NCBI GenBank assembly: GCA_032161105.1
Contig: JAVHTD010000005.1
From: Candidatus Thermosaccharophagus tengchongensis
GTDB taxonomy: Bacteria; Armatimonadota; Fervidibacteria; Fervidibacterales; Thermosaccharophagaceae
Reading direction: 5' to 3' (one strand)
DNA: 64,000 bases
The notes under the pieces are model-generated. The model saw only the letters and a list, made by a program, of their open reading frames with translations, was not told where the DNA came from and ran no database searches. Position numbers and translations under genes: made by a program. This document shows positions 1 to 13,378 of this stretch, one piece after another (the stretch's first letter is position 1; every line of letters begins with the position of its first letter).

Positions 1-2
1 TC

Positions 3-395
3 GCCGAGCGATTGTGCTGCTGCAGCGCGAACCGTGAGTGGTTCACCGGTGAGTGAGCGGATATCAGTTTGACTCGTTGCATCAAATAGGGCGTGAATAA
101 GTGGCTCAAGAGCCCTTGTGTCCTTAAGTTTTCCGAGGGCAACGGCTGCATGAATGCGAACAAGCGGTTCTCTATCCTTCAGGGCTCGTATAAGGGTTGG
201 TGTGGCGCTCTTGTCTCCGATGCAGCCCAGTAGGGCTGCGATGAGATGCCTTGCAGGATGGCTTGGCTCTTCAAGAGCTTGTATGAGTGGCTTCACAGCT
301 GCCTCGCCGAGGCTTATCAATATTTCACCCGCTCGCATACGCACAAGCTCATCATCGGAACCAAGTTCCTGTATCAGCTCATCAATGGTGTCCAT
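3..395 (-). CDS. HEAT-repeat (PBS lyase-like) protein, runs off the left edge of the window
   Basis: Manual translation from ATG 395: MDTIDELIQELGSDDELVRMRAGEILISLGEAAVKPLIQAL...LIRALKDREPLVRIHAAVALGKLKDTRALEPLIHAL; GAGGTGA SD upstream; not in the ORF track because it is truncated. Confidence 0.85.
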   Translation of the reverse strand, partial: MDTIDELIQELGSDDELVRMRAGEILISLGEAAVKPLIQALEEPSHPARHLIAALLGCIGDKSATPTLIRALKDREPLVRIHAAVALGKLKDTRALEPLIHALFDATSQTDIRSLTGEPLTVRAAAAQSLG

Positions 396-536
396 CGCAA
401 TGTCACCTCATCACAGCAGCATGCGAGCGTTTATTGTGCCTACTTCAAAATGATAGCATTGGGGTGGGGCTAAGCGACAACCTTAGAGCGCGATTTGTGG
501 AAGCTTGCCGTTCGCTATCAACGCTCAAAGTTTTAG

Positions 537-1469
537 TCAGCTGCTGTTCATGCTCTCCCATGCTTCTATTCCGGCTCTAATTGCAGCAGCTGAGCAGAGA
601 AGCCGCTGCTTCTCCTCCTCTGTGAGCTCAATCTCCACAATCTCGGCAACACCGCTGCGGCAGAGCCTGACTGGAACACCCATGAAAACACCGCTTACGC
701 CGTATTCCCCGTCAAGCCACACTGACGCCGGAATAACCCTGCGCTCATCATTGACTATTGCTTTGACCATGACTGCAACTGCAGCTCCCGGGGCAAGCGC
801 TGCGCTCCCGGTTTTGAGCAGCCTGACGATCTCACCGCCTGCATCCCTTGTCCTTTCAACAATGTGCTGTAAGCTGCTCTCATCAAGCATCTCTGTAACC
901 GGTCTGCCGATGGCAATTGCGTGCCTCACCAGAGGGAGCATTGTCTCACCGTGCTCACCGATGACCATTCCATGCACATCCTTAACAGGCACAGAAAGCG
1001 ATGCTGAGAGCAGCCACCTGAAGCGAGCTGAGTCAAGGACTCCACCTTGCCCGATGACTCGCTCCCTCGGAAAGCCAGTTACCCGCCACGCAACATAGCT
1101 CATAACATCAACCGGATTGGTCACGACTATCAGGATGCAATTAGGTGCATGCTGTGATACAGCCCTGCACACGCTTTCAACTATGCGCCCATTCTCCCGA
1201 AGCAAGTCCATCCTTGTCATTCCCGGCTCCCTGCGTTTGCCACTCGCTATCACCACGACCTCGCTTCCCTCAATTGCTGCAATGTCGCTTGAGCCAGCCA
1301 CTTTGCAGTCAATGTCAAGCACTGCAAGCGCATGTGATATATCCAACGCCTTGCCCTCAGCAAGCCCTTCAACTATGTCAACGATTATCACCTCTCCGAG
1401 TCCCAATTCAGCAATCTTATGAGCGGCAGCTGTCCCAACTAACCCCGCACCGATAATCGCTACTTTCAT
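537..1469 (-). CDS. mdh: Malate dehydrogenase (LDH-like MDH family)
   Basis: GAGLVG Rossmann motif, RREPGMTRMDLL, VTNPVD, LDSARF, GEHG. Confidence 0.9.
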   Translation of the reverse strand: MKVAIIGAGLVGTAAAHKIAELGLGEVIIVDIVEGLAEGKALDISHALAVLDIDCKVAGSSDIAAIEGSEVVVIASGKRREPGMTRMDLLRENGRIVESVCRAVSQHAPNCILIVVTNPVDVMSYVAWRVTGFPRERVIGQGGVLDSARFRWLLSASLSVPVKDVHGMVIGEHGETMLPLVRHAIAIGRPVTEMLDESSLQHIVERTRDAGGEIVRLLKTGSAALAPGAAVAVMVKAIVNDERRVIPASVWLDGEYGVSGVFMGVPVRLCRSGVAEIVEIELTEEEKQRLLCSAAAIRAGIEAWESMNSS

Positions 1470-1515
1470 TCAAGCACCCCCATTCTTCCGCCATTGAGTT
1501 CGCATGGTTATGGCA

Positions 1516-2676
1516 TCACTGGCACTTCAGCTTGAGTTCCGTGAGTGCCTCACGGGTTAGCTTCGCAAGCCAAACCGCAATTCCCTTGAGATACCACTTC
1601 ATCACATCGGATTGCTTTTCGCCGTCACGCATTGCAGCAACGAGCTCAAGCTCATCGGATTTGACCTCCCGCGATTGCGCATAAACCGATGCGGCGATCT
1701 TTTGAGTCCAGATTAGCCATCCACTCATCCCCTCCATCTCGCGCATGCGTTGCTCGCACAACGAGAGCTTGATGAGGATTGCTATTGCCCTTCTGCGCTG
1801 CCATGGCTTTGCAAGTCTTACATCCACTTCGGCACCCTTCAACTGCTCGCTCAGGCATTCGTCGAAGGCAGGCTTCATCATCTCCGAGAGCGCAGCGCTG
1901 AACCATGGGATTTGAATGTCCAAATCAACAATCACTTCAACCAAGCCCTTTGGTGGCCGGATAGCAATGCGGTATTGTGGCTCCGGGATTGGGAGGGCAG
2001 CTAATCTTTGTAGCCGTTGCGCTGCACTCGGGTGTGTTGAAAGCCACGCATCTATTGCCGCAGCTTCAGAATGGGAGAGCCTTTCAAGCACGCTCAACGA
2101 TGCCCTTGCGTCAAACCCGGCTTTAGCCATCAGCTTGATTGCAAGTTCATCGGCGGTGCATTCAAGCTCTTGTGAGTAAGCGGAGCGTATGAGACCCGCA
2201 ATGGCTCTGATGCTCTCCGATAATAGCGCCCTATCAACATACGGCTCAATCAACGGTTTCTTACCCAACGGGATGCTTGAATATGGGACGCGCTTTGCAT
2301 CACCTCTGATAGCATGAGCGAGTTCGTGCGCGAGCACGAATGCCACCTCATCAACCGTGTGGAGCAAAGAGAGAAGCCGTTCGGTGATGAGTATTTCGTT
2401 TGTCGGGAGAGTGATTGCGTTTGCGAACGGCGCATCAATCACAAGCACTTTGTAGCTGGCATCCATCTCGGATGCCCTAATTAAGGCATTCATTATCTCA
2501 TCCAACTCCCAATCGCTCTCCGGCGAGAACCTTTGAACGAGTTCACGCAATGCCTCGGCTTTATCCGTCGGCTGATTTGCCGAGGAGGTTATTGGAGTTT
2601 CTGCCAACACAATGCATGCGATGATGAGCGTCATAATGGACTTTGCCTTCCTGCGTGCACCTTCCATCGCGCGCAA
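1516..2676 (-). CDS. M48 family zinc metallopeptidase, probably exported
   Basis: N-terminal hydrophobic segment, AFVLAHELAH (HExxH), YSQELECTAD, STHPS motif. Confidence 0.8.
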   Translation of the reverse strand: MRAMEGARRKAKSIMTLIIACIVLAETPITSSANQPTDKAEALRELVQRFSPESDWELDEIMNALIRASEMDASYKVLVIDAPFANAITLPTNEILITERLLSLLHTVDEVAFVLAHELAHAIRGDAKRVPYSSIPLGKKPLIEPYVDRALLSESIRAIAGLIRSAYSQELECTADELAIKLMAKAGFDARASLSVLERLSHSEAAAIDAWLSTHPSAAQRLQRLAALPIPEPQYRIAIRPPKGLVEVIVDLDIQIPWFSAALSEMMKPAFDECLSEQLKGAEVDVRLAKPWQRRRAIAILIKLSLCEQRMREMEGMSGWLIWTQKIAASVYAQSREVKSDELELVAAMRDGEKQSDVMKWYLKGIAVWLAKLTREALTELKLKCQ

Positions 2677-2748
2677 GTCACCTCAGGCGAAATGGAGTGA
2701 CGGCTATGTCAGAATTGTAGCAGCAGCGTTGCTTTCGGCTTATCGGAG

Positions 2749-3525
2749 GTGATAGCAATGCACACTGTATCCCTCTCCGAGATGACCCTCCGCATGGTCA
2801 AGGAGCAGCAATACGAAGTGGCAGTGCTCCCAATCGGGTCTTGTGAGCAACACGGAATGCACCTGCCATACGGCACCGACTCGTTTGAAGCGGAGTTGAT
2901 AGCGAAGCGAGTTTGCGAACGGGCGGTTGAGCTCGGCGCAAAAGTTGTATTGCTGCCAACTATACCGTATGGCGTTAACAGCAACATGCTCGCCTTCCCA
3001 TTGACGATCCACATTCAACCATCAACCTTGAACGCCTTTGTAAGGGATATCATATGCTCCCTTGAAAGGCACGGCATAAGGAAAATCGTTCTCTTCAATG
3101 GTCACGGCGGGAACGAGTTTAAACCTTTGCTAAGGGAGATTTATGGGCACACAAGCGCTTTCGTGTGCGTGGTTGAGTGGTGGAAGGTGGCTGGCGACAT
3201 CTACCCCGAACTGTTTGAGGAGCCCGGGGAACATTCGGGCGCTGTGGAGACAAGCGTTTCCTTGGCGCTGTTTCCTCACCTCATTCACATGGAGTGGGCT
3301 GATGAGGGTAAAGTTCGCCAAAGCAGGTTTGAGGCGATCAACGAAAGGTGGGTTGACATTGTGCGCCCATGGGAGCGCTTGACATTTACCGGTGGACAGG
3401 GCAACCCGAAGGAGGCAACCGCGGAGAAGGGGGAGAGGATCATAAACATCGTCGTTGAGAGGATAGCCAAGTTTTTGGCGGAGCTATCGGAATCGCCGAT
3501 TGATGAGCTGTTCCCATACATGTGA
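2749..3525 (+). CDS. Creatininase / creatinine amidohydrolase family protein
   Basis: LPIGSCEQHGMHLPYGTD, FNGHGGN, EHSGAVETS; likely start ATG 2758. Confidence 0.9.
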   Translation: MIAMHTVSLSEMTLRMVKEQQYEVAVLPIGSCEQHGMHLPYGTDSFEAELIAKRVCERAVELGAKVVLLPTIPYGVNSNMLAFPLTIHIQPSTLNAFVRDIICSLERHGIRKIVLFNGHGGNEFKPLLREIYGHTSAFVCVVEWWKVAGDIYPELFEEPGEHSGAVETSVSLALFPHLIHMEWADEGKVRQSRFEAINERWVDIVRPWERLTFTGGQGNPKEATAEKGERIINIVVERIAKFLAELSESPIDELFPYM

Positions 3526-3532
3526 AGTTGAA

Positions 3533-3922
3533 TCAACCACCCTTCGCAACAAGCACAACACCGATGCATATGAGCGCGACACCGGCAAGCCGGATCGCCG
3601 GCGGTGTCTGATTAAACAGCACCCATGAGATCAGCACTATGATGACTTGGTTGAGGGCGACAAAGGGATATGCGTATCCGATGCCGCGCTTTGAAACAAC
3701 GACAACATACAGCACCGCTGAAATAGCATAGGTGAGGAGACCGCTTATAACCTCCGGGGACAAAACGAGGTGCACCAGTTGCGGGAAAGCGCTTAAGGAG
3801 TGGACTTCGCCAACTCGCGAGGCTCCAAGTTGTATGAGCATCTGCCCGATGCCGCCCAACATGACGGCGATCAGGATCAATGCGAGTGGACTACTCGTCA
3901 GAATGCCAATCAGTGAGCCCAT
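3533..3922 (-). CDS. Small DMT/EamA-like membrane protein (ArnE/F-like)
   Basis: 129 aa, about 4 TM helices, GQ...G and YAYP motifs. Confidence 0.7.
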   Translation of the reverse strand: MGSLIGILTSSPLALILIAVMLGGIGQMLIQLGASRVGEVHSLSAFPQLVHLVLSPEVISGLLTYAISAVLYVVVVSKRGIGYAYPFVALNQVIIVLISWVLFNQTPPAIRLAGVALICIGVVLVAKGG

Positions 3923-4211
3923 TCAAAACACCTCGCTTTGGAAGCCCCCATGTGGGATGCTGTTCAATCTCGCCGCTGAGCGATGCAGTTCGGCAGCCTC
4001 GTTGAACCAGCACTTGACATGCACATTATAACGCTTCCGCTTCCCGAACTGAGTGGACATGCCAACTTGCCCGCTACTTCGGTGTGAAGAGTTTGCATCA
4101 TACGCGCACCAGATAAACCTACAAAACTACTCGCGCGCTATCATGGATAGTGAAGGCAGCAGCGCACCACTTCATCTCCGCATGAAATGCAAATTGTGAG
4201 GTGGAAAGAGA

Positions 4212-4631
4212 ATGGGAAGGACGGCGCGCTTTAGCATCTCAATGGACGAGGATTTGCTCAAGGCGTTTGATAGCCTAATACTGCGCAGGGGTTACACAAA
4301 TCGCTCCGAAGCCGTTCGTGACCTTGTGCGAAACAGGCTTGTGATGGATGAGTGGGAGCATGCCAAGGGGGATGTTGTGGCTGCGGTTGCCGTCGTTTAC
4401 GATCACCACAATCGCCTCGCCTTGAACAGGTTGACAGATATGCAGCACAGATTTCAGAAGCTCATCATATGCACAACGCATGTGCACCTTGATGAGCGCA
4501 ATTGCCTTGAAGTGGTCATACTCCGTGGGAAGTCGCGCGCCGTCCGTGAGGCAGCTGACAAGTTGATCAGCCTGCGCGGGGTTAAGCATGGCTCAATAAT
4601 GGCTACGACGACGGGAAAGGAATTGGTTTAG
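4212..4631 (+). CDS. nikR: Nickel-responsive regulator NikR
   Basis: RFSISMD ribbon-helix-helix, GYTNRSEAVRDL, YDHH, THVHLDERNCLEV. Confidence 0.95.
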   Translation: MGRTARFSISMDEDLLKAFDSLILRRGYTNRSEAVRDLVRNRLVMDEWEHAKGDVVAAVAVVYDHHNRLALNRLTDMQHRFQKLIICTTHVHLDERNCLEVVILRGKSRAVREAADKLISLRGVKHGSIMATTTGKELV

Positions 4632-4638
4632 ATTTGAG

Positions 4639-5343
4639 GTGCGATGTGGTGTGCCAGAGATGGACGAGCAAACGGCTGAAGGATTCACATTGATAGAGCT
4701 CCTTGTGGTGCTCACCGTCATCGGGATATTGGCGGCACTGCTTTTCCCGGTTTTCGCGCGCGCCCGCGAGAAGGCGAGGCAGGCAGTTTGCACAAACAAT
4801 CTACGACAGCTATATACAGCTCTTGCGATGTATGCCGATGACTATGACGGTTACTTTCCTCAAGGGCACAAGTTTGATCCAAACCGCACACCCCAGTTTT
4901 ACTGGTTTTGGTTCATGGACATTCAACCATACCTACGCATGAGGGATGTGCTTCTTTGCCCGAGCGATCCAGACCCGCTTGAGTTTCAAGGCTACAGGTT
5001 TAACTACGCTCTCAATTACCAAGTGCCGGAAAACTTTGATCCGAACAATATCGTTGAAGCGCTTAACCCACCGGGACCACCGCTGCACGAGATTGAGAAT
5101 CCGTCAAACACCATTGCGATGTGCGACGCGAACAATGTATGCATACATCATATCATCTGCCACACAGACCAGAGGGAGCTCGGATACAACGACGCCATTT
5201 GTTCCCAATACTACTGGCTTGGACCGATAAGGTTGGAGAGGCGGCACAACGGCGGCGCTAATTTCCTTTTCTTTGATGGGCATGTGAAATGGCTCACAAG
5301 GACGCGCTATGGTCAATGGACATACACGGCTGATGACGATTGA
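4639..5343 (+). CDS. Prepilin-type N-terminal cleavage/methylation protein (DUF1559 / H-X9-DG type)
   Basis: GFTLIELLVV, LFPVFARAREKARQAVC, C-terminal RHNGGANFLFFDGHVKW; true start may be 4651 or 4660. Confidence 0.9.
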   Translation: MRCGVPEMDEQTAEGFTLIELLVVLTVIGILAALLFPVFARAREKARQAVCTNNLRQLYTALAMYADDYDGYFPQGHKFDPNRTPQFYWFWFMDIQPYLRMRDVLLCPSDPDPLEFQGYRFNYALNYQVPENFDPNNIVEALNPPGPPLHEIENPSNTIAMCDANNVCIHHIICHTDQRELGYNDAICSQYYWLGPIRLERRHNGGANFLFFDGHVKWLTRTRYGQWTYTADDD

Positions 5344-5421
5344 TTGCCTTTGCCGCTCTGTGATGATGTGGGCATTTCGGGCAGCGCGCTTGAACGCTCA
5401 CCGCAACTGTTGGATGCTAAT

Positions 5422-8365
<2,944 letters not shown>

Positions 8366-8794
8366 TCCCCGAACGATGGAATGGAGTTGGAAACAACTCT
8401 CGGAGGGATAAGCCGTTGCTCAGCGCATCGCATTCAATTATGCCGCAACGAATACCTGCCAGAGTGTGCTCGCATGCTTAAATTGGCTCCACTGGCTCTC
8501 ACCCCCTTCGGCGAGCAATTTATGGTAAGTGGGACGCTGTCCAACTGCACCCTTTCAACATCACTCAGCCCTTTGTGTTGTGGCAAACTGAAAATTGAGT
8601 GTCACTCACAATGCCCGCAACTTAGGGTGCTGCCTTCGGATGCGAGATGCTTTTGGCATGTCCCCATGGCAGTGCTATGTGTGCAATTTGGGTTGCTTGT
8701 ATGGCATCATTTGACATGGGATTTATCGGTGTATGGCAATGGTAGCTGATAGTGCGACGGGATATATGACAATCTGCTCGGGAGGTTGAATCGC

Positions 8795-10315
8795 ATGCGC
8801 ATATTTCGCAGTCAACAGAGGGAGCTCAAGCAGCCCGACGAGGCGCTCATTGTTGCGGATGGGCGACAGATGCCTCAAGCTCAACCGACAACTCAAGTGA
8901 CCACTCAACAAAAGCCAATGAAGTCGCTGCTTTTCCCGGACGAGGAGAAAGAGATGCCGGAGGATACACAACCAATTGCCGGCAGGACTAAGATGACCAA
9001 GGAGGAAAGGGAGCTCATTTCCCAACTGCGCCGAGAGATACATGAGCGCGTGATAGTTGAAATGGACAGGCATGGCATTGGCGTTGACTCGCCATCAAGC
9101 CGTGACAGGGTGAAGGAGTTTGTTGAAATGGCGTTGCACGAGTTGCTCGCTGAGGAGGCAATACCGTTATCAAGCCGGCTGCGAAGCGAGCTTGTTCAAG
9201 ATGTCATTGACGAGATACTCGGCTACGGTCCGATACAACCCCTCCTTGACGATCCGACAATAACCGAAGTCATGGTTAACCATCCGAAGGGCGTGTTTTA
9301 TGAGCGTGGCGGGAGGATATACCGTTCCGATAGGACTTTTGATGATGAGGCACATGTGATGCGCATCATTGATAGGATAGTCTCACCGCTTGGGCGGCAG
9401 GTAAATGAGCGCCAGCCGATGGTTGATGCGCGTCTTCCTGACGGCTCTCGCGTTAACATCGTCATACCACCACTCGCTGTCAAAGGTCCATGCATAACGA
9501 TACGCAAGTTCTCAAAGAAGCCGCTCACGATTATGGACCTCATTAACTTTGGGACGCTCACCGAAGAGATGGCCATGTTCCTTGAGGCGTGTGTCAGGGC
9601 TCGCCTTAACATAATCGTCTCCGGCGGGACCGGCAGCGGAAAGACAACGACCCTAAATGTTCTGTCGCACTTCATACCGCCATATGAGCGTGTCATCACC
9701 ATTGAGGATGCAGCGGAACTGCAACTTGACCACGAGGACTTGGTCACGCTTGAAGCCCGCCCACCAAACATTGAGGGTGTCGGTGAAGTAACGATCAGGG
9801 ACTTGGTGAGGAATGCCCTTAGGATGCGCCCGGATAGGATAATTGTCGGTGAGGTGCGCGGTCCGGAGGCTTTGGACATGCTTCAGGCAATGAATACGGG
9901 TCATGATGGCTCTCTGAGCACGCTCCACAGCAATTCACCAAGGGACACCATCTCAAGGCTTGAGACGATGGTGCTTATGGCTGGCATGGATCTGCCGATG
10001 AGGGCGATAGCAAAACAGATTGCATCAGCGATTGACATCATCGTTCATCAGGCGAGGCTCTCAGATGGCAGCCGAAAGATAACGCACATAACTGAGGTGC
10101 AGGGAATAGAGGCTGAAACGATCATCTTGCAGGACATATTTGTCTTTCGCCAGATAGGAATTGACGAAAACGGGAAGGTGATTGGCTATCACGAGCCGCA
10201 GGGGATAAGACCACTGTGCATGGAGCGAATTAAGGTCGCCGGGATAAAACTCCCCGAGGATATATTCCAACAGCGCACGCCACAGCATCAGGCGCTCCTC
10301 GGAAGAAATTGGTGA
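8795..10315 (+). CDS. tadA: Tad/Flp pilus assembly ATPase CpaF/TadA
   Basis: GGTGSGKTT Walker A, IEDAAEL, LRMRPDRIIVGEVRG, AMNTGHDG; GGAGG SD before ATG 8795. Confidence 0.95.
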   Translation: MRIFRSQQRELKQPDEALIVADGRQMPQAQPTTQVTTQQKPMKSLLFPDEEKEMPEDTQPIAGRTKMTKEERELISQLRREIHERVIVEMDRHGIGVDSPSSRDRVKEFVEMALHELLAEEAIPLSSRLRSELVQDVIDEILGYGPIQPLLDDPTITEVMVNHPKGVFYERGGRIYRSDRTFDDEAHVMRIIDRIVSPLGRQVNERQPMVDARLPDGSRVNIVIPPLAVKGPCITIRKFSKKPLTIMDLINFGTLTEEMAMFLEACVRARLNIIVSGGTGSGKTTTLNVLSHFIPPYERVITIEDAAELQLDHEDLVTLEARPPNIEGVGEVTIRDLVRNALRMRPDRIIVGEVRGPEALDMLQAMNTGHDGSLSTLHSNSPRDTISRLETMVLMAGMDLPMRAIAKQIASAIDIIVHQARLSDGSRKITHITEVQGIEAETIILQDIFVFRQIGIDENGKVIGYHEPQGIRPLCMERIKVAGIKLPEDIFQQRTPQHQALLGRNW

Positions 10316-11298
10316 TGTGGGAGGGGATGGATGTGCCATTGCTTCTGCTCATATGTGGTGCACTCGTAGTCGTGCTTGCCATCATTTACGCTGCTTGGCT
10401 TAGCCGAAAGCCGGGGGAGCTTGAAAGGAGGTTTGAAAGGCTCGTTGAGGGTGGCACTGTGAGCGCTGCCGTTGATGTTGAAGGTGTTAGAAGGGTCCGC
10501 CCAGTTGTGCGTTTCCCGCTTCAACGGCTATCGCAGGTGCTCTCCAAGTCACGCTGGGCACAGCGTTACGAGCTCAAGCTAATAGCCGCTGGAATACCGT
10601 TGCGCGGCGGTGAGTTCGCCTCCATAGTCATTGTCAGTGTGGTCATGCTTGCTGCGATCACATGGCTGCTCTCAATGAACCTGCTCATAACGCTTATATC
10701 TGCATTAGTTGGTTGGTGGTTGCCGAATGCCTACCTTAACTGGCGCTATGTCTCAAGGAGGACTTTGCTTGAGAATCAGCTTGCCGATGCGTTGACAGTC
10801 ATGTCAGCAGCAATTGGTGCTGGCTTTGGCTTTCTTCAGTCAATGAAGCTGGCTGCTGAGCAGCTTCCACCGCCGATATCGGATGAGCTTGAGAGGGTTG
10901 TGCGCCTATCAAGCATGGGGATGCCGATGGAGCAGGCATTACAGCAGCTTGCCATACGCGCTCAAAGCTATGACTACGATATGACCGTAACAGCAATGGT
11001 GATACAACTCCGCCGCGGTGGCAATCTAACTCGTTTGTTGAACACCATCGCAGAGACCATAAGGCAGCGCATAGACTTGCGCGGCGAAATATCGGCAGCA
11101 ACGGCGCAGGCAAGACTTAGCGGGTGGGTTCTCATAGTGCTCCCAATAGCCGTTGGAGGAATAGCCTCTATACTCAATTGGGACTATATGCAGCGTCTCT
11201 TCATGACACCGCAGGGTCAGGCAATTTTGAAGTTCGTCATTGGGTGGCAACTGGTTGGCATCCTTTGGATAAGGCAACTGCTGAAGTTTGAGCTGTGA
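10315..11298 (+). CDS. tadB: Tad pilus assembly protein TadB (T2SSF domain)
   Basis: Follows tadA; QLADAL...AG.GF, GGNL, TAQARLSG. Confidence 0.9.
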   Translation: MWEGMDVPLLLLICGALVVVLAIIYAAWLSRKPGELERRFERLVEGGTVSAAVDVEGVRRVRPVVRFPLQRLSQVLSKSRWAQRYELKLIAAGIPLRGGEFASIVIVSVVMLAAITWLLSMNLLITLISALVGWWLPNAYLNWRYVSRRTLLENQLADALTVMSAAIGAGFGFLQSMKLAAEQLPPPISDELERVVRLSSMGMPMEQALQQLAIRAQSYDYDMTVTAMVIQLRRGGNLTRLLNTIAETIRQRIDLRGEISAATAQARLSGWVLIVLPIAVGGIASILNWDYMQRLFMTPQGQAILKFVIGWQLVGILWIRQLLKFEL

Positions 11299-11308
11299 GG
11301 GGATGGAA

Positions 11309-12241
11309 ATGATATTCATCCTTGCAGTTGGCTGGATGATCGCCGTAGTCACACTCATGCTCGGCGTGGCAAGCACTATAGCAGTTAGGCGCATTCAAGA
11401 ACGCTTTGATGAGTTGACTCGCCCTGCAGGTGAAGTTGAGGAGTTGTTGCTTGCTGAGGAACTTGAAAAGCCGTTTTTGGAGCGCGTCATAAAACCGCTC
11501 ATTGAACGGCTCGGATATGCTATGCGCCTTCCGAGCGAAGCCGCAAATCAGATTGACGCTTTACTTGAGATGGCAGGTAGACCGTGGAACATGAGTGTCA
11601 TTCACTTTGTTGGGTTGAGGTTGCTTTGCGGCGTGGTCGGCATTGGGCTTGCCATACCAGCCTTCATTGTGGCTACAAGCCTGCTTGGGCGCCCGGCAAC
11701 AGCCATTTTGCTTTCAAGCCCGTTGCCAATCATCGGCTTCCTTGCGCCATCGTTTGCATTGCGGAGGTATGCTAAGCGGCGTGTGGCGAGGATAAGGCGT
11801 GAGCTGCCGGATGTGATTGACCTCATAGTCCTTTCGCTTGAGGCAGGCATCGGGTTTGATGGCGCTATCGCAGAGGTGACGAAGCGTTTCAGGAGTCCAC
11901 TCGCTTACGAGCTCTCGAGGGTGCTTGCGGAGACATCACGCGGCAGGATGCGCTCCGAAGCATTGAGGGCGATGGCGAAGAGGCTGCGCTTGGAAGACAT
12001 CTCATTGCTTGTAGCCGCAGTTTATCAGGCTGAGACGCTTGGAACAAGCTTGAGTGAGGCATTACGCTCATTAGCTACGCAGCTTAGGCAACGCAGGCTG
12101 AGGATGCTCCGTGAGCAGGCAGCAAAGCTGCCAGTTAAGCTCCTCATCCCACTCGTGCTATGCATCTTTCCGGCATTGCTTGCTGTGCTCCTTGGACCGG
12201 CAGTTGTGCTTTTCTTTGAGGTCATGGGAGGCGGTAGGTGA
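11309..12241 (+). CDS. tadC: Tad pilus assembly protein TadC
   Basis: LPDVIDLIVLSLEAGIGFD, AAKLPVKLLIPLVLCIFPA. Confidence 0.9.
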   Translation: MIFILAVGWMIAVVTLMLGVASTIAVRRIQERFDELTRPAGEVEELLLAEELEKPFLERVIKPLIERLGYAMRLPSEAANQIDALLEMAGRPWNMSVIHFVGLRLLCGVVGIGLAIPAFIVATSLLGRPATAILLSSPLPIIGFLAPSFALRRYAKRRVARIRRELPDVIDLIVLSLEAGIGFDGAIAEVTKRFRSPLAYELSRVLAETSRGRMRSEALRAMAKRLRLEDISLLVAAVYQAETLGTSLSEALRSLATQLRQRRLRMLREQAAKLPVKLLIPLVLCIFPALLAVLLGPAVVLFFEVMGGGR

Positions 12242-12316
12242 ACTGTTAAGCCGTTGATGACATAGCCAGCTCCACTTCGTTTGTCTTGGTCCATTCGCTT
12301 TGGGATGCTGCACTGA

Positions 12317-13378
12317 TTATGTTGGCATGTGGAGATGCTTTTTTGCCTCTTCGGGTGTGTCAAACCAAAGGCGCTGCTCATACATGCGCTTGTAGTATTC
12401 TTTGAACGATGGGTGCTCCCTTATCTTTCGCCACCACCATTCGTTTGAGCGATACCAATCAACGGTTATGCGGAGCCCTTCCTCAAACTTGTATTTCGGC
12501 GACCAGTTGAGAGAGCGCAGTTTGCTTGCATCCATTGCATATCGCCTGTCATGTCCCGGTCTGTCGGCAACATATTTGATCAGCGTTTTTGGTTTGCCGA
12601 GCATCTCCAGAATGAGGTGCGCCACAGCGATGTTGTGCATCTCTTGATTGGCAGCGATGTTATAAACCTCGCCGGGTTCACCGCGCTCTATTAGCAGCTC
12701 AATGGCTTCGCAGTGATCCTCAACGAAGAGCCAATCTCGTATTTGCCTCCCATCACCGTATATCGGCAACGGCATCCCATCAATGGCGTTTGTTATCAGC
12801 AGCGGGATGAACTTCTCTGGGTGTTGATAGGGTCCGTATGTGTTGCAGCCTCGCGTGATGATGACCGGCAAACTGTATGAATGAAAGTATGCAAGTGCCA
12901 TCAAGTCTCCGCCAGCCTTGCTCGCTGAGTATGGATTGCGCGGGCACAGTCTGTATGTCTCGTCCGCAGCACCCTCGCTCAAGCTGCCGTAGACTTCATC
13001 CGAAGAAACTTGAATGAACTTCTTAACGCCGTATTTGCGGCACGCCTCAAGCAATATGTGAACGCCGTAGACATCCGTCATGATGAACGAGCCGGGCGAA
13101 AGGAGCGACCTGTCAACATGTGTTTCAGCGGCGAAGTTGACCACCACTTCGGGCTTGAATTGCTCAAACACTCTCGCAACGGTATCGGCATCGCATATGT
13201 CGCCCCTCAAGAAGTGAAATCTCTCCACGCCGAGCATGTCATGCAGGTTGTCAATGTTGCCGGCATATGTGAGCTTATCAAGGACGATGACCTCAAAGTC
13301 ATCATGCTTGCGCATCCACATGCGGGCGAAGTTGCTCCCTATGAAGCCAGCACCACCAGCTATCAGAATTGATGGCAT
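12317..13378 (-). CDS. rfbB: dTDP-glucose 4,6-dehydratase
   Basis: GGAGFIGSN, DKLTYAGN, FAAETHVDRS, SDEVYG, PYSASKA, DRPGHDRRY. Confidence 0.95.
   Translation of the reverse strand: MPSILIAGGAGFIGSNFARMWMRKHDDFEVIVLDKLTYAGNIDNLHDMLGVERFHFLRGDICDADTVARVFEQFKPEVVVNFAAETHVDRSLLSPGSFIMTDVYGVHILLEACRKYGVKKFIQVSSDEVYGSLSEGAADETYRLCPRNPYSASKAGGDLMALAYFHSYSLPVIITRGCNTYGPYQHPEKFIPLLITNAIDGMPLPIYGDGRQIRDWLFVEDHCEAIELLIERGEPGEVYNIAANQEMHNIAVAHLILEMLGKPKTLIKYVADRPGHDRRYAMDASKLRSLNWSPKYKFEEGLRITVDWYRSNEWWWRKIREHPSFKEYYKRMYEQRLWFDTPEEAKKHLHMPT

Noticed and set aside
8510-8600. GTGGGACGC and GGCAAAC words resembling a c-di-GMP-I riboswitch upstream of tadA
   Set aside because: The elements are in the wrong order and the GCAAAG/P2 structure is missing; an Infernal scan would settle it
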